64,000 nucleotides of DNA from Candidatus Poribacteria bacterium (GCA_963665235.2 CAXXLX010000001.1:3552001-3616000); one strand, 5' to 3'; shown: positions 1-10,599, numbered from the stretch's first letter. Notes: generated by a model not told the origin, from the letters alone. Translations and numbers: made by a program.

Positions 1-366
1 GGCATAGTATCTGTCGGGTGATTGTCCATGAAGCGGTGTTCATTCAGTACCTATAGCATCGATGATATAAAACTCGGCATTTTGGACAACACCATTTCCT
101 CGACTGAGGTCCCTTTCAAATACAATCCATTTGCCATCTGGAAACCAGCTCGGATGATGATCATAATGCAATGGACTTGTGATTCTTCGGACATTGCTAC
201 CGTTGTCTTCCATCGCGTAGATATGATAAGCAGTATCGCCTGCTTGTTTCGATGCAAACACAATCTTGGCATAAGTGTGCAACGGGAAAACAAGCAAAAA
301 CAAAAGGAATAAGGGTGCAAAGTTCACACTAACACGATAGCCACTGCTGAAAAGTTTATCTCTCAT
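1..366 (-). pseudogene. TolB-like/PD40 beta-propeller secreted protein, N-terminal part; apparent +1 frameshift near 43-48, continues past window start
   Basis: Signal-like N-terminus, KIVFAS..HIYAMED.GSNVRRIT..PSWFPDGKWIVF PD40 pattern; after the TGA at 40 the shifted frame reads NEHRFMDNHPTDTM, a plausible continuation. Confidence 0.6.
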
Positions 367-582
367 CTGTAACCTCCTTGTGAGGCACGAGCAACACGGG
401 TTGGACCCAAAGCTAAAGCATTGGGATTGTTAAGTGAGTCTCTTCATTGTAAAATTTTACGCGAAAAATGTCAAGAAAAAAGTAGAGAAGCATCGTCTAA
501 TTTCCCCTTGACATTTAAATAACATTTTGCTAAACTACATCTATGCTCATCAAATTTAGCAAAATCAGAAGAGGGCACAACC

Positions 583-1479
583 ATGAATATCCGAATTGAG
601 GGGATTTTTTCACCAACGATAACACCACTTGACGAAAAAGAACGCATCGATGAAACCGCATTTGTCAAACAACTTAACCGCTTGATAGACAATGGCGTAC
701 ACGGCATCTATCTATTGGGCTCTTCCGGTGAGTTTACGACTTTGACAAACAGAGAACGCGAACGGGCGATGGATATCGCTACCAAAACTATTGCAGGACG
801 TGTGCCTGTGATATGTTGTGTGATGGATACAAGCACACAACGCGTAATCCAAAATATTGAAACAGCCCAACAATTTGACATCGACGCGGTTGCAACAACC
901 CCCGGTTATTATTATCCTTCCACAGATGACGCGGACATAATCCAATTTTATCACGCTATTGCCGCAAGCACTGAACTCCCGGTCCTAATTTACAATATCC
1001 CGTCTACCGCCAAAACAGCGATTAAACCGAATATCGTCGCGCAACTCGCTGATGAGTGCAATAATATCGTTGGAATGAAGGATAGTTCCGGCGATTGGAT
1101 AAACTGCCTTAATCTCTTGACACTCCTCGGTGAACGTGACGACTTCGCTATTATGATTGGGTCACACTTTATTATCGGGGCAGCGGTGTTATTTGGGGCA
1201 GATGGCGGGGTCGTCTCTATTTCAAACGTCGCCCCCAGGGAAGCTGTCGCACTCTACAACGCCGCAAAAGCACGCGACATTGATGAAGTACACCGCCTCC
1301 AAAAGTGGTTGCTCAAACTCAGCAAACTCTATACTTATGGACAGGGTGTAAGCGGTATGAAGGCATGTCTGGAAATTATGGGTATCTGTAAGGCATACAC
1401 AACAGGTCCGTTGCTTCCGCTTGACGCGGCAGCGAAAATCGAACTTAAGGAATTGCTGACCGAGTTAGGGCTCTTATGA
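583..1479 (+). CDS. Dihydrodipicolinate synthase (DapA/NanA) family aldolase
   Basis: GSSGEF, YNIP and MKDSSGD Schiff-base motifs. Confidence 0.9.
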   Translation: MNIRIEGIFSPTITPLDEKERIDETAFVKQLNRLIDNGVHGIYLLGSSGEFTTLTNRERERAMDIATKTIAGRVPVICCVMDTSTQRVIQNIETAQQFDIDAVATTPGYYYPSTDDADIIQFYHAIAASTELPVLIYNIPSTAKTAIKPNIVAQLADECNNIVGMKDSSGDWINCLNLLTLLGERDDFAIMIGSHFIIGAAVLFGADGGVVSISNVAPREAVALYNAAKARDIDEVHRLQKWLLKLSKLYTYGQGVSGMKACLEIMGICKAYTTGPLLPLDAAAKIELKELLTELGLL

Positions 1480-2747
1480 TTGAGATACAACCGCTTCACA
1501 TCCCGCCCAACGTTACAATAGCGGTGCCCGGTTCTAAAAGTTATACCAATCGTGCGCTGTTAGTTGCTGCGCTTGCACACGGCAACTCTACGTTGACAGG
1601 TGCACTTTTCAGCGATGATACGCATTATATGTGCAATGCCCTCCAAAAACTCGGTACCCCCATCGTAGAAGATAGAGCACACGCCACTTTTCATGTCACC
1701 GGAAACGGTGGGCATATTCCCGCCCAGGGTGCTGAACTTTATATAGGCAACTCCGGCACAACCTCCCGTTCGCTTATCAGTTATGTTTCCCTCGGACGCG
1801 GCAAATTCATCATTGATGGCGATGAACCGATGCGACGCGGTAGACCTATCTCTGAACTTCTGGATGCACTGACGTTGCTGGGGGTTTCAGCACGTTCACA
1901 ATTTAACAACGGACATCTCCCTGTTGTTGTGAAAGCGGATGGACTTGAAGGTGGAAAAACTCGGCTCGATGCCAGCAGAAGCAGTCAATTTTTGACCTCC
2001 CTGATGCTTATTGCACCCTACACAAAAAACGGCATGGAGATAGAGGTAGTCGGCAACCTCAAAACACCATACATTGACATAACGGTGGCGGTTATGGAGG
2101 CTTTCGGTGTACAGGTTATCAATGAAGATTATAGATATTTCCGCATTGCGGGGGGACAGCAATATCAATCGCGTACTTACGCCATTGAGCCGGATGCCTC
2201 CAGTGCATCCTACTTTTTCGCTGCTGCCGCAATCACCAGCGGATGTGTCACCGTCAAGCATCTACACACAGATTCCGCACAAGGCGATGTTCAATTTATT
2301 CACGTTCTGGAAAAGATGGGATGCAACGTCACTGCTTCCGGTACCGGCATTACCGTTAGCGGCCCGGTGCAATTGAGGGGAATAGATGTAGATATGAAAG
2401 CGATTTCGGATACCGCACTGACACTCGCAGCAATCGCGCCTTTTGCCGACAGCAGCGTTGTCATACGGAACATTGAGCATATACGTTGGCAGGAGACCGA
2501 CAGAATTCATGCAATGGTGACCGAACTCCGAAAATTAGGCGTGCCGGTCGTTGAACACCAAGACAGCGTTGAAATCTCACCGGCTCGCATTATCCCCGCA
2601 GCTGTTGACACCTACAGTGACCATCGTATAGCGATGGCGTTTTCCCTCATCGGTTTGAAGGTGCCCGGTATCCAGATTAATGATCCGGCCTGTGTCAATA
2701 AGACGTTTCCCAATTATTTTGAGGTGTTACAGGAGCTGTATGTTTGA
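1476..2747 (+). CDS. aroA: 3-phosphoshikimate 1-carboxyvinyltransferase (EPSP synthase)
   Basis: PGSKSYTNR, GNSGT, SSQF, ETDRI, DHRIAM motifs. Confidence 0.97.
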   Translation: MIEIQPLHIPPNVTIAVPGSKSYTNRALLVAALAHGNSTLTGALFSDDTHYMCNALQKLGTPIVEDRAHATFHVTGNGGHIPAQGAELYIGNSGTTSRSLISYVSLGRGKFIIDGDEPMRRGRPISELLDALTLLGVSARSQFNNGHLPVVVKADGLEGGKTRLDASRSSQFLTSLMLIAPYTKNGMEIEVVGNLKTPYIDITVAVMEAFGVQVINEDYRYFRIAGGQQYQSRTYAIEPDASSASYFFAAAAITSGCVTVKHLHTDSAQGDVQFIHVLEKMGCNVTASGTGITVSGPVQLRGIDVDMKAISDTALTLAAIAPFADSSVVIRNIEHIRWQETDRIHAMVTELRKLGVPVVEHQDSVEISPARIIPAAVDTYSDHRIAMAFSLIGLKVPGIQINDPACVNKTFPNYFEVLQELYV

Positions 2748-2766
2748 AAAGAGCTGTTAATCTCGC

Positions 2767-3495
2767 TTATTCGCCGCCGACTTCGCCAACCTCAATTTCA
2801 ATTTCATCACGGTGCCGAATCCGTTCTACATATCCGTCGCGAATATCCACAATCCGATCGGAGACATCAAGCATTTTGAGGTCATGTGTTGCTGATATTA
2901 CGGTAACCCCGTGCTCTGTATTCAACTGCTTGATGAGGTCAATAATTTCGCGTCCTGTAACGGTATCCAGATTTGCCGTGGGTTCATCTGCAAGGATGAT
3001 GCTCGGATCATTTGCGAGGGCTCTGGCGATAGCGACCCGTTGACGTTGGCCTCCAGAGAGTTCATCGGGGAGATGATACATCCTATCCCCTAAACCGACC
3101 ATGTCCAAAAGTTTTTCAGCCTTTTCATTCCGTTGTTTTTCAGAGATGCCAGCGAAGATCATCGGCAGGGTTACGTTTCCATGTGCGGTACGCACGTGCA
3201 AAAGATTATAGCTCTGAAAGATATAGCCGACGCGGTGGCACCGAAACGCGGCAATCTGTCTTTGGGACAGTTGGGACATGTTTTGTCCATCAATGTAAAC
3301 GTTTCCCTCTGTCGGTCGGTCTAACGCGCCGATCATGTTAAAGAGGGTTGATTTACCGGACCCTGAGGGGCCCATCAGTGAGATATATTCTCCGCGTTCA
3401 ATTTCGATGTTGATACCGTCCAAAGCGCGGAGGACGTTTGAGCCCATTCGATATTCTTTGACGACATCTTCAGTTTTTACAACGATATCAGACAT
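2767..3495 (-). CDS. ABC transporter ATP-binding protein (LolD/MacB-like)
   Basis: GPSGSGKST, LSGGQRQR, ADEPT motifs. Confidence 0.95.
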   Translation of the reverse strand: MSDIVVKTEDVVKEYRMGSNVLRALDGINIEIERGEYISLMGPSGSGKSTLFNMIGALDRPTEGNVYIDGQNMSQLSQRQIAAFRCHRVGYIFQSYNLLHVRTAHGNVTLPMIFAGISEKQRNEKAEKLLDMVGLGDRMYHLPDELSGGQRQRVAIARALANDPSIILADEPTANLDTVTGREIIDLIKQLNTEHGVTVISATHDLKMLDVSDRIVDIRDGYVERIRHRDEIEIEVGEVGGE

Positions 3496-3516
3496 AGTAG
3501 CTCCTTTAGTTATGGC

Positions 3517-4194
3517 TTAGACTTCGGTACGCATCGCTTCGGCGGGAGGAAGTTTCGCTGCACGCCAGGCAGGAAACGATGAACCGATGACAGCTAAAAT
3601 CATGCCGAGCACACATCCGAACAGGATAAGCAATAACGCCCCAAGTTGCATCGGGCCGTCTTCAGGCCGGGCAGGCAATAGCGGGAAATAGAAGAATAGA
3701 TCTAGGCCATAGTTTTTTAACCCTAAGATGATTGCTCCTAATGCGCCGATAAGTGCGCCGATGAGCGCGCCTGCAAATCCTTGGAACCCAGATTCGAGAA
3801 GGAATAGACGCACCACAAACCCATCCAATGCGCCGAGGCATTTCATTGTGCCTATTTCACGGAATCGCTCGGTCACTGCCATTAACATAGAGTTGGCAAT
3901 TCCGACGACGCAAACAATTAGGGACATGATAATGAGCCAGATGTCCTTCGTTGAGATGCCTTGCTCGGTTGTTTCATCGAGGCTTGCAATGGCAGAGCTC
4001 CGTCCGCTCTCTTGGAGGGCAAAATCAATTTCGTTATTCATCCAGACAGAAACGAGAAAAGCGATACCGAGCGTAATACCGGCTGTCGTAATAATAGAGC
4101 GGCCGAATCGAATTTTCAGGCTTTGAAAACTAATCCGAAGCGATTCTACAAACGGAAGATCGATCTGTTCCTCAATAGGTGTTTTTTGCTGCAA
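3517..4194 (-). CDS. FtsX-like ABC permease (likely TTG start at 4194 after GGAGG)
   Basis: ERFREIGTMKCLGA and PAWRAAKL FtsX motifs; TM segments. Confidence 0.88.
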   Translation of the reverse strand: MQQKTPIEEQIDLPFVESLRISFQSLKIRFGRSIITTAGITLGIAFLVSVWMNNEIDFALQESGRSSAIASLDETTEQGISTKDIWLIIMSLIVCVVGIANSMLMAVTERFREIGTMKCLGALDGFVVRLFLLESGFQGFAGALIGALIGALGAIILGLKNYGLDLFFYFPLLPARPEDGPMQLGALLLILFGCVLGMILAVIGSSFPAWRAAKLPPAEAMRTEV

Positions 4195-4217
4195 ATCTTC
4201 GCCTCCTTGTTTTTCTA

Positions 4218-4335
4218 TTGGCAATTAGCGATTGGCAATTAGCAATTGGCAAGAGGTTTGTGATTATAGTCAGGTTTATGACGCGCGTCAGAAATGACTC
4301 CCTCTTGCTAACGGTTTCCACCAGCTAATCTGCCC
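4218..4335. repeat. Structured dispersed repeat family H (GCAATTA heptamers + GCAAGAG...CTCTTGC hairpin), copy a
   Basis: Same unit at ~4609, 6184, 6398, 25528, 29286, 51201, 51625. Confidence 0.85.
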
Positions 4336-4337
4336 CG

Positions 4338-4604
4338 TTACGCCTCTATATCCTCTATGGTTTGCACTTCTAACGCTTGTGTGAGGATTGAATCTAGGCG
4401 TTCGAGACTCCGCATTCTCCCGATTTTACGGGTGAGTGTATCGGGAATATCGCCAAAACGGAAGTGTAACACTTTCAGGATAGCCTCCCGCTTCGCACGA
4501 ACCACACCGCGCTGTTCACCGCGCTGTTCACCGCGCTGTTCACCGCGCTGTTCACCGATTTCTATACCTTGTTCCATCAATTCGTGTGCTATTGTGCGTG
4601 TCAT
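4338..4604 (-). CDS. Stand-alone duplicate of Rpn C-terminal module (RpnS-like), 88 aa, 4 GEQR repeats
   Basis: Near-identical to residues encoded by 4761-5015; upstream SD replaced by the repeat. Confidence 0.7.
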   Translation of the reverse strand: MTRTIAHELMEQGIEIGEQRGEQRGEQRGEQRGVVRAKREAILKVLHFRFGDIPDTLTRKIGRMRSLERLDSILTQALEVQTIEDIEA

Positions 4605-4608
4605 TGAA

Positions 4609-4757
4609 TTAGCAAATGGCAATTAGCAATTAGCAAGAGGTTGTGATTCTAAGAACATATCTGAAGCGCGTCAGAGGCATCTTCCTCTGGTTTCCAACGG
4701 TTTCCATAAGTCAGCGAATCTATAAACCAACAGCCAACAGCCAACAGCCAATCTGTC
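4609..4757. repeat. Repeat family H, copy b (between two RpnS modules)
   Basis: Heptamers + GCAAGAGGTTGTGATTCTAAG..TCTGAAGCGCGTCAGA core. Confidence 0.85.
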
Positions 4758-4760
4758 CCC

Positions 4761-5015
4761 TTACGCCTCTATATCCTCTATGGCTTGCGCTTCTAACGCT
4801 TGTGTATGGATTGAATCTAGGCGTTCGAGACTGCGCATTCTCCCGATTTTACGGGTGAGTGTATCGGGAATATCGCCAAAACGGAAGTGTAACACTTTCA
4901 GGATAGCCTCCCGCTTCGCACGAACCACACCGCGCTGTTCACCGCGCTGTTCACCGCGCTGTTCACCGATTTCTATACCTTGTTCCATCAACTCGTGTGC
5001 TATTGTGCGTTTCAT
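4761..5015 (-). CDS. Internal in-frame small ORF of rpn (RpnS-like antitoxin), 84 aa
   Basis: Perfect SD GGAGGT (5023-5028) 7 nt before ATG of MKRTIAHELMEQG, inside the rpn frame. Confidence 0.7.
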   Translation of the reverse strand: MKRTIAHELMEQGIEIGEQRGEQRGEQRGVVRAKREAILKVLHFRFGDIPDTLTRKIGRMRSLERLDSIHTQALEAQAIEDIEA

Positions 5016-5502
5016 TGAATTTACCTCCAAAGTAGGGGTATGTTTATCAACAAGTTCTATCAACGCTTCATGCTCCGCCGGAGGCCGGCGATACATGATA
5101 AGCGATAGAATATATTGAATTGCCTCACGTCTCTCAGCCGCCTGGTCCGCAGGAAGCGTATCCGTGTGCATTAGCATATCAACTAAGACACGACTTAGCT
5201 CCTCTGGGCTTGCGTGCTCTTTTTGCAGCACCGTAAGCAGCCAACCTATCAGATGTTCTGTCTGCGTTAGCACTTCCACCTCTGTCTCTTTGACATCCAG
5301 CTGCACCGTCTCAAACTTTGGAATAAAACGTTCCAGCTCCTTGGGGAGGTCCATGAGTGCTTCCAGGGTCAGCGGAACGTTCCAGCTCTGGTCGCCTGTG
5401 TAAAAGAGTATCGGCAGAATCGGGGACAAGCGGCGTTCACTTTTGGGAGGCTTGTCTTTCTCCCATCGTCTGATTTCTGCGTCCCATATCGATACCATGT
5501 AA

Positions 5503-5772
5503 TACCATTCCTAATTGAAAATGTCTCTTTGTAGTAGCATAAACTTCCAGTTTGTGCTTTGTAGTAGCATAAACTTCCAGTTTGTGCTTTGTAGTAGCAT
5601 AAACTTCCAGTTTGTGCTCTTTATTGTAGCATAAACTTCCAGTTTGTGCTCTTTATTGTAGCATAAACTTCCAGTTTGTGCTTTGTAGTAGCATAAACTT
5701 TTAGTTTGGGTCTTCCGTTCTCCGTTTCATTTCTAACAACCGGTAATGATAGAATAATTAATAAAAATGGTA
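5503..5772 (-). mobile_element. MITE family A (TACCATT..AATGGTA ends, TTA/TAA TSD) with 6 tandem REP-like hairpin units
   Basis: TIRs; TAA duplicated at 5500-5502 and 5773-5775; units GTAGCATAAACTTCCAGTTTGTG. Confidence 0.9.
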
Positions 5773-6093
5773 TAAGATAGAAAACGAAATCCCATCGTCT
5801 CGTCCACCGTCGATTGGTGTTCGATATGGATATGTATTATGACTTCATCGGTTTTATCGGCTGTTTGAAAAGGCGCACGATACAAAATATCCGCTTCTCG
5901 TTCCCGTAAGTCTCTCGGAATGAAACTCGTGCTAAGCCGCTCAAGCCCGCTAAAATTGATACGGGGGGCAAGGTCAGGGACAGCAATTTCTACCAACCCC
6001 TGAACGTTTACCGGTCTTTGAAGCAACCAGCGCAGGCTTCTGTCTGAAAAGTGTGCGACCTTTCCACCGAGTAAATCATTGAGAGCGGTTGTC

Positions 6094-6483
6094 TCTTTCG
6101 TTTCCTCTGCCATCTTTCCTCTCAGTTCCTTAGGAATTAAACAGTGTCGTCAAGTAAAATAGACAAGTTTAGTATAACACAATTTGGCAATTAGCAATTA
6201 GCAATTAGCAAGAGGTTGTGATTCTAAGCACATATCTGACGCGCGTTAGAGTCCTCTTTCTCTTGCCAACGGTTTCCAATAGCCAATAGCCATTTGGGGC
6301 GTTCGTTTCTTTCGTTTCCTCTGCCATCTTTCCTCTCAGTTCCTTAGGAATTAAACAGTGTCGTCAAGTAAAATAGACAAGTTTAGTATAACACAATTTG
6401 GCAATTAGCAATTAGCAATTAGCAAGAGGTTGTGATTCTAAGCACATATCTGACGCGCGTCAGAGTCCTCTTTCTCTTGCCAA
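6094..6483. repeat. Tandem ~214-bp-period duplication of the rpn start/leader plus repeat family H (copies c,d)
   Basis: 6094-~6270 repeated at 6308-~6483. Confidence 0.85.
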
Positions 6484-6514
6484 TTGCCATAAGCCAATAA
6501 CCAATAGCCATTTT

Positions 6515-6545
6515 AGTATAACACAATTTGACGAAACATGGCAAA
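6515..6545 (-). promoter_or_regulatory. Putative sigma70 promoter of the rpn locus (TTGCCA-N17-TATACT)
   Basis: Consensus-like boxes; nearly the same block recurs at ~51168-51196. Confidence 0.55.
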
Positions 6546-6677
6546 CTTTTTTTGCCGGGTGTGTAAAGTTTTTGTCCATAAGTGTCAGTTTATGGTAAAT
6601 AGAAAAATAGAAAGAACGCGCTGTGCTGGCGACCGCCACCGCAAAAATGCAAAAATGTCGAAAACTAAATAGTCCTG

Positions 6678-7700
6678 CTAATTCTCAATTTTTATATCTC
6701 CCCAGAACGTGAGAAATTTATTCAAGGCTGCTACGTTCAGACCATTGAGAGTCAACGCCTCTACGGTAGGTAAAATTTGGGGGCCGAGACCTTCGACAAC
6801 ACCGCCTACAGCGTAGATTCTATCGTTGACAGTGCCAGCTCCCAAGAAAACCCGCGCTGTTGGCATATCTACGCTTTTCTGCCAGGTATCAGTTGAGGGT
6901 TGATATATTTCGACTGTTGCCAAACCGGGACCTTGCACAGTAAGTGTACCCCCAATTGCGTAGATTTTTGAATTCACGGTGCCGACTGCAAGGGCGGTTC
7001 TGGGAGTAGGTATATTTGCTTTTTTGGTCCATGTGTCAGTGCTTGGGTCATATTCTTCCACAGCTTTAACAATTGGACCTGCCACGCCGCTGACCCCTCC
7101 GATCAGGTATATTTTATCATTAACCGTAGCAGCAGCCATTCCCGACCGAGGATTTGACATATCCGCTTTTTTGGTCCATGTATCAGTGCTTGGGTCGTAT
7201 TCTTCCACAGCCGGTAGGACAGGGCCAACATTTTGTGCAACCCCACCAATTGCATATATCTTACCATTTGCGGCAACAGCTACAAAAAACGATCGGGGTG
7301 TAGGCATATCCGCTTTTTGTGTCCATGTGTCAGTGCTTGGGTCATATTCTTCGACTGTTCCGAGGGCAGGATTTTGTCCATCCCATCCCCCGATTGCATA
7401 TATTTTTCCGCCGGCTTCGCAGGCAACAGCCCCTGCGCGGGCAGATAGCAGACTCGCTTTCTGAACCCATTCGTCTGTTTCGGGGATATAGGCTTCGACA
7501 CTATCGACCGGTGCAGCAAGCATTCCGCCAATAACATATATCTCTTTGTCAACAGCGGAAACTGAGAAAAAGAGTCTCGGGTTGGCCATATCTGTTTTCT
7601 GCGTCCACTCTTGTGCGTTGACACTGCATATCAAAGCGAAAACACCTACTATGCTTAATAACCAACCCCATTGAAAAATTGAAATCGTGTGTTTTTTCAC
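6678..7700 (-). CDS. Secreted Kelch-repeat beta-propeller protein
   Basis: Six KIYAIGG..VEEYDP..W..KA.M repeats; signal peptide; C-terminal LTFWGDIK. Confidence 0.93.
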   Translation of the reverse strand: MKKHTISIFQWGWLLSIVGVFALICSVNAQEWTQKTDMANPRLFFSVSAVDKEIYVIGGMLAAPVDSVEAYIPETDEWVQKASLLSARAGAVACEAGGKIYAIGGWDGQNPALGTVEEYDPSTDTWTQKADMPTPRSFFVAVAANGKIYAIGGVAQNVGPVLPAVEEYDPSTDTWTKKADMSNPRSGMAAATVNDKIYLIGGVSGVAGPIVKAVEEYDPSTDTWTKKANIPTPRTALAVGTVNSKIYAIGGTLTVQGPGLATVEIYQPSTDTWQKSVDMPTARVFLGAGTVNDRIYAVGGVVEGLGPQILPTVEALTLNGLNVAALNKFLTFWGDIKIEN

Positions 7701-7949
7701 GTAATCCTCCTAACTAACGTTTACTATGAATTTCCGAAGAGCTTCTTTCATCCTCCAAAGTCTTCAAATTTTAAATATTTTTGATAAATCCGGGGCATCC
7801 CCCCTATTTTAGTCATTTTAGGTTTGAAAAAAGTTCGCGCTTTTTTGACAGTGGACAGGATAATATGATATACTGCCTTTTAAACCAACTTCAATTTATC
7901 CTTTGAAACCGTCTTCCGGGATGTCAGGTCAAAGGCAGGTATACACCAG

Positions 7950-8534
7950 ATGCTCCGAAAGCCCTTCTCTGCTTTACTATTACTCTTATCTATCAGTATG
8001 CTATATCGGGTGACCCCGATTGCTGCACATGATGCTTTTTATCCACACCATCGTGAGGATTTTGAGAACATGGGCCGCCGTCGCGAATTGCGTGTCACTG
8101 TCCTTATCAGCACGGTTGTCTTTCTCGCTGTTCTTGGGGTGGTAGTCTACCTTGCCCTACGCAAAAGTAGAGATAACCGCGATATTGCCGATGCTGCTGC
8201 AAAAATGGTTCAAGAACGTTTGGAGCGGGCTACCTATAGTGCTGCGCGGGCGGTGCTGCAAAGTCTTGATGCAAACGGAAACATTGTCGAGGCTGCCACG
8301 GTGTGCTTTTCAACATACTCGGAGAGCTGCGGTGTGACGTGGCACCCGCGTCTTGATGACCCACATCGTGCGGAATCCGTTGTGTACCAGATTCGCTGCA
8401 AAATTGGGGCAGATGTTGTCACGCTCAGCATCACCCCGAAATCCGTTCAAATTCGCGCAGAACACGATTCCTCTAATTCGGAAAATGTTTGTGCGACCGT
8501 TGTGCTAAACAGAGCCGACAGCGAATCAGGTTAA
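7950..8534 (+). CDS. Hypothetical membrane protein
   Basis: Signal-like N-terminus plus one TM helix. Confidence 0.6.
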   Translation: MLRKPFSALLLLLSISMLYRVTPIAAHDAFYPHHREDFENMGRRRELRVTVLISTVVFLAVLGVVVYLALRKSRDNRDIADAAAKMVQERLERATYSAARAVLQSLDANGNIVEAATVCFSTYSESCGVTWHPRLDDPHRAESVVYQIRCKIGADVVTLSITPKSVQIRAEHDSSNSENVCATVVLNRADSESG

Positions 8535-9280
8535 GGGGCAAGTCGGTTAATGAGTGCGGCACTATACCCCGCCCCGAAACCGTTATCGATGTTCACCACG
8601 GTGACCCCGGACGCACAACTATTTAGCATGCCGAGCAGGGCAGCAAGCCCTCCGAAACTTGCCCCGTAACCGATACTTGTGGGGACCGCAATAACAGGAC
8701 AGTTCACTAATCCTCCGACAACACTCGGGAGGGCCCCCTCCATGCCAGCCACGACAATGATAACCCGCGCGTTTAGGAGTGTTTCGTGATTGCTTAGGAG
8801 GCGATGTATGCCTGCAACGCCGACATCGTAAAGACGTTCAGGCGGGTTGCCCATCATTCGGGCAGTTTCGACGGCTTCCTCAGCCACGGGCATGTCGGAG
8901 GTGCCAGCAGAAACGACTAAGACCCCGGGCTTCCCCTCGTTCGGGGATTGCACGACGGTGATTGTTCTGCCGAGTTCGTTATAACGTGCCTCTGGGTGCA
9001 GTGCTTTTACCGCTTCGTACATAGTGGGGGTTGCACGCGTTGCAAGCAACGGATGCCCGGCTTCCAGAATGCGTTGACTAATCTGTGCCACTTGCGTATC
9101 GGTTTTTCCTTCACAGAAAATGACCTCTGGGAAACCGGTCCGGAGTTGGCGGTGGTGGTCTATTTTAGAGAAGCCGAGGTCTTCAAACGGAAGGGTGCGG
9201 AGAGATTGCAGGGCATCACTGACCTGAACCTCTCCACGTTTGACCTGTTCAAGGAGGGTTTTTAGTTTTTCAACTTCCAT
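8531..9280 (-). CDS. larB: Nickel-pincer cofactor biosynthesis protein LarB (PurE-like)
   Basis: [51 protein letters not shown]. Confidence 0.92.
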   Translation of the reverse strand: MEVEKLKTLLEQVKRGEVQVSDALQSLRTLPFEDLGFSKIDHHRQLRTGFPEVIFCEGKTDTQVAQISQRILEAGHPLLATRATPTMYEAVKALHPEARYNELGRTITVVQSPNEGKPGVLVVSAGTSDMPVAEEAVETARMMGNPPERLYDVGVAGIHRLLSNHETLLNARVIIVVAGMEGALPSVVGGLVNCPVIAVPTSIGYGASFGGLAALLGMLNSCASGVTVVNIDNGFGAGYSAALINRLAP

Positions 9281-9292
9281 ACGTTTTGAGGT

Positions 9293-9715
9293 CTACGCCT
9301 CCTCAGCCGCCTCCTCGGGTGCTTCTTCGGCAGCGTCCTGATTGCCGCTGACTCCTGGGATATTCTCGGTGATTTTGGTTCGGACATCCGAGAAGGCTTT
9401 TTTGCCAGTTTCAACGGCGGTTTTTGCCTGGTTCGTCGCATCTTTGACCCGCTCTTTGCCAACTTCAACGAATTCGTGGACGCTTTCCTTACCGTGTTCT
9501 ACGAGATTCTGCACGCCCTCTTTTGCTGTAACAGTGGCTTGCTGTGCGAAGTCCAAGGTTTTATCCTTTGCCTCAATGGAGGTATCCCGAATCTTTTGCC
9601 GTGTTTCTCTGCCGGAGCTGGGTGCATAGAGCAAGCTGAGAACTGCCCCGGTCAAAAAGCCGGTGAAGAAGGCAAAAATTATTGCCCCGCCATTGTTTCG
9701 TCCATCATTACTCAT
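9293..9715 (-). CDS. YtxH-domain protein (likely start MSNDG at 9715)
   Basis: GFLTGAVLSLLYAPSSGRETR motif. Confidence 0.85.
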   Translation of the reverse strand: MSNDGRNNGGAIIFAFFTGFLTGAVLSLLYAPSSGRETRQKIRDTSIEAKDKTLDFAQQATVTAKEGVQNLVEHGKESVHEFVEVGKERVKDATNQAKTAVETGKKAFSDVRTKITENIPGVSGNQDAAEEAPEEAAEEA

Positions 9716-9753
9716 CTGATTTTTTTCCTTTCTTAGCTGTGGGGTTTTTCGCA

Positions 9754-9990
9754 TTACCCCCGTTTGATTATCGGTAAACATTTCCGAATGAAATTGTTCA
9801 TCCGTTTCGTAGATAGATAGGTATGAGCTATCATCTCTCTTTTCAGTCGGTTGGATATCCGTCGAATCTGTTTTCGGGTTCGCTTGCCGGAACGCGGGGT
9901 AAACAGTAACGTAACGGTAGAACCGATTAGTCCGCCGATGGCAAAAAATGCGAACCATTTACCGTGGTCCCGTTTTGAGTTATTCATCAT
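9754..9990 (-). CDS. Small YtxH-like protein
   Basis: GGLIGSTVTLLFTPRSGKRTR motif. Confidence 0.75.
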   Translation of the reverse strand: MMNNSKRDHGKWFAFFAIGGLIGSTVTLLFTPRSGKRTRKQIRRISNRLKREMIAHTYLSTKRMNNFIRKCLPIIKRG

Positions 9991-10562
9991 GCTTCTCTCG
10001 CTTCTAATGTGTCGTCCTCAATAGGCGGCTGTGCCTCGCCGTTTGTTGGTGGAGCCGCCGTTTGGAAGCTCCCCCACCCCGCTTTCAATCCGTGCCACAA
10101 ACTGACTACATCCGCTAGCGATCTTGCAAGCTGATTGCGAAAGTACTCCGCTTGTTCAATCGTCTGCCCTGAAAAACCGGAGACTTTTTGCACGAGGGAT
10201 TCTAGCTCCTGTACACTTTGTGTAAGGGTTTCGGTTATCTCCTGGATGTTATGGACGGTCGGTTGAACCTCTGTCTCGCTAATCTGCTGAATTGAAGCGG
10301 TAACGCCGTTGAGATTCTGTAGCAGCTGCGGTAATTCCTTGTTAACCTCTTTGACGGTTTGACTGATATCGGTAATGAGTATGCCAATTTCTTGATTGAC
10401 AAGGTTTTCCGCTGAATTCAACGTGTTCTGTATGCTATTCAACGAATTTCGGAGGCTGCCTAAAGTTGCACATAGATAGCCAATCAGCGCGGTAAGTGCA
10501 AGTAATGCAATACCGAGGCTGCATTTCCAAAAAATTGAGATAATAAAATTCCACTCTGTCAT
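9987..10562 (-). CDS. DUF948-like membrane-anchored coiled-coil protein
   Basis: N-terminal TM plus heptad region; adjacent to YtxH genes. Confidence 0.7.
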   Translation of the reverse strand: MTEWNFIISIFWKCSLGIALLALTALIGYLCATLGSLRNSLNSIQNTLNSAENLVNQEIGILITDISQTVKEVNKELPQLLQNLNGVTASIQQISETEVQPTVHNIQEITETLTQSVQELESLVQKVSGFSGQTIEQAEYFRNQLARSLADVVSLWHGLKAGWGSFQTAAPPTNGEAQPPIEDDTLEAREA

Positions 10563-10599
10563 GTGTTTTTCTCTTTCTTAGTCGTGTGCGTTTTGATGT

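Larger units (their letters stand above)
4761..6113 (-). pseudogene. Rpn/YhgA-like (PD-(D/E)XK) recombination-promoting nuclease split by a MITE
   Basis: READILY..IHIEHQS..MGFRFLSY|MVSIW..PILFYTG motifs; removing 5503-5775 restores LSYMVSIW in frame. Confidence 0.9.

Noticed and set aside
4338-5015. Diversity-generating retroelement TR/VR pair
   Set aside because: No reverse transcriptase in the window and differences between modules are not adenine-restricted
9716-9958. N-terminal extension of the YtxH ORF to 9958 (likewise 60618-60800 and 48099-48128 extensions)
   Set aside because: Overlap other genes or element ends; better starts with RBS or translational coupling lie downstream
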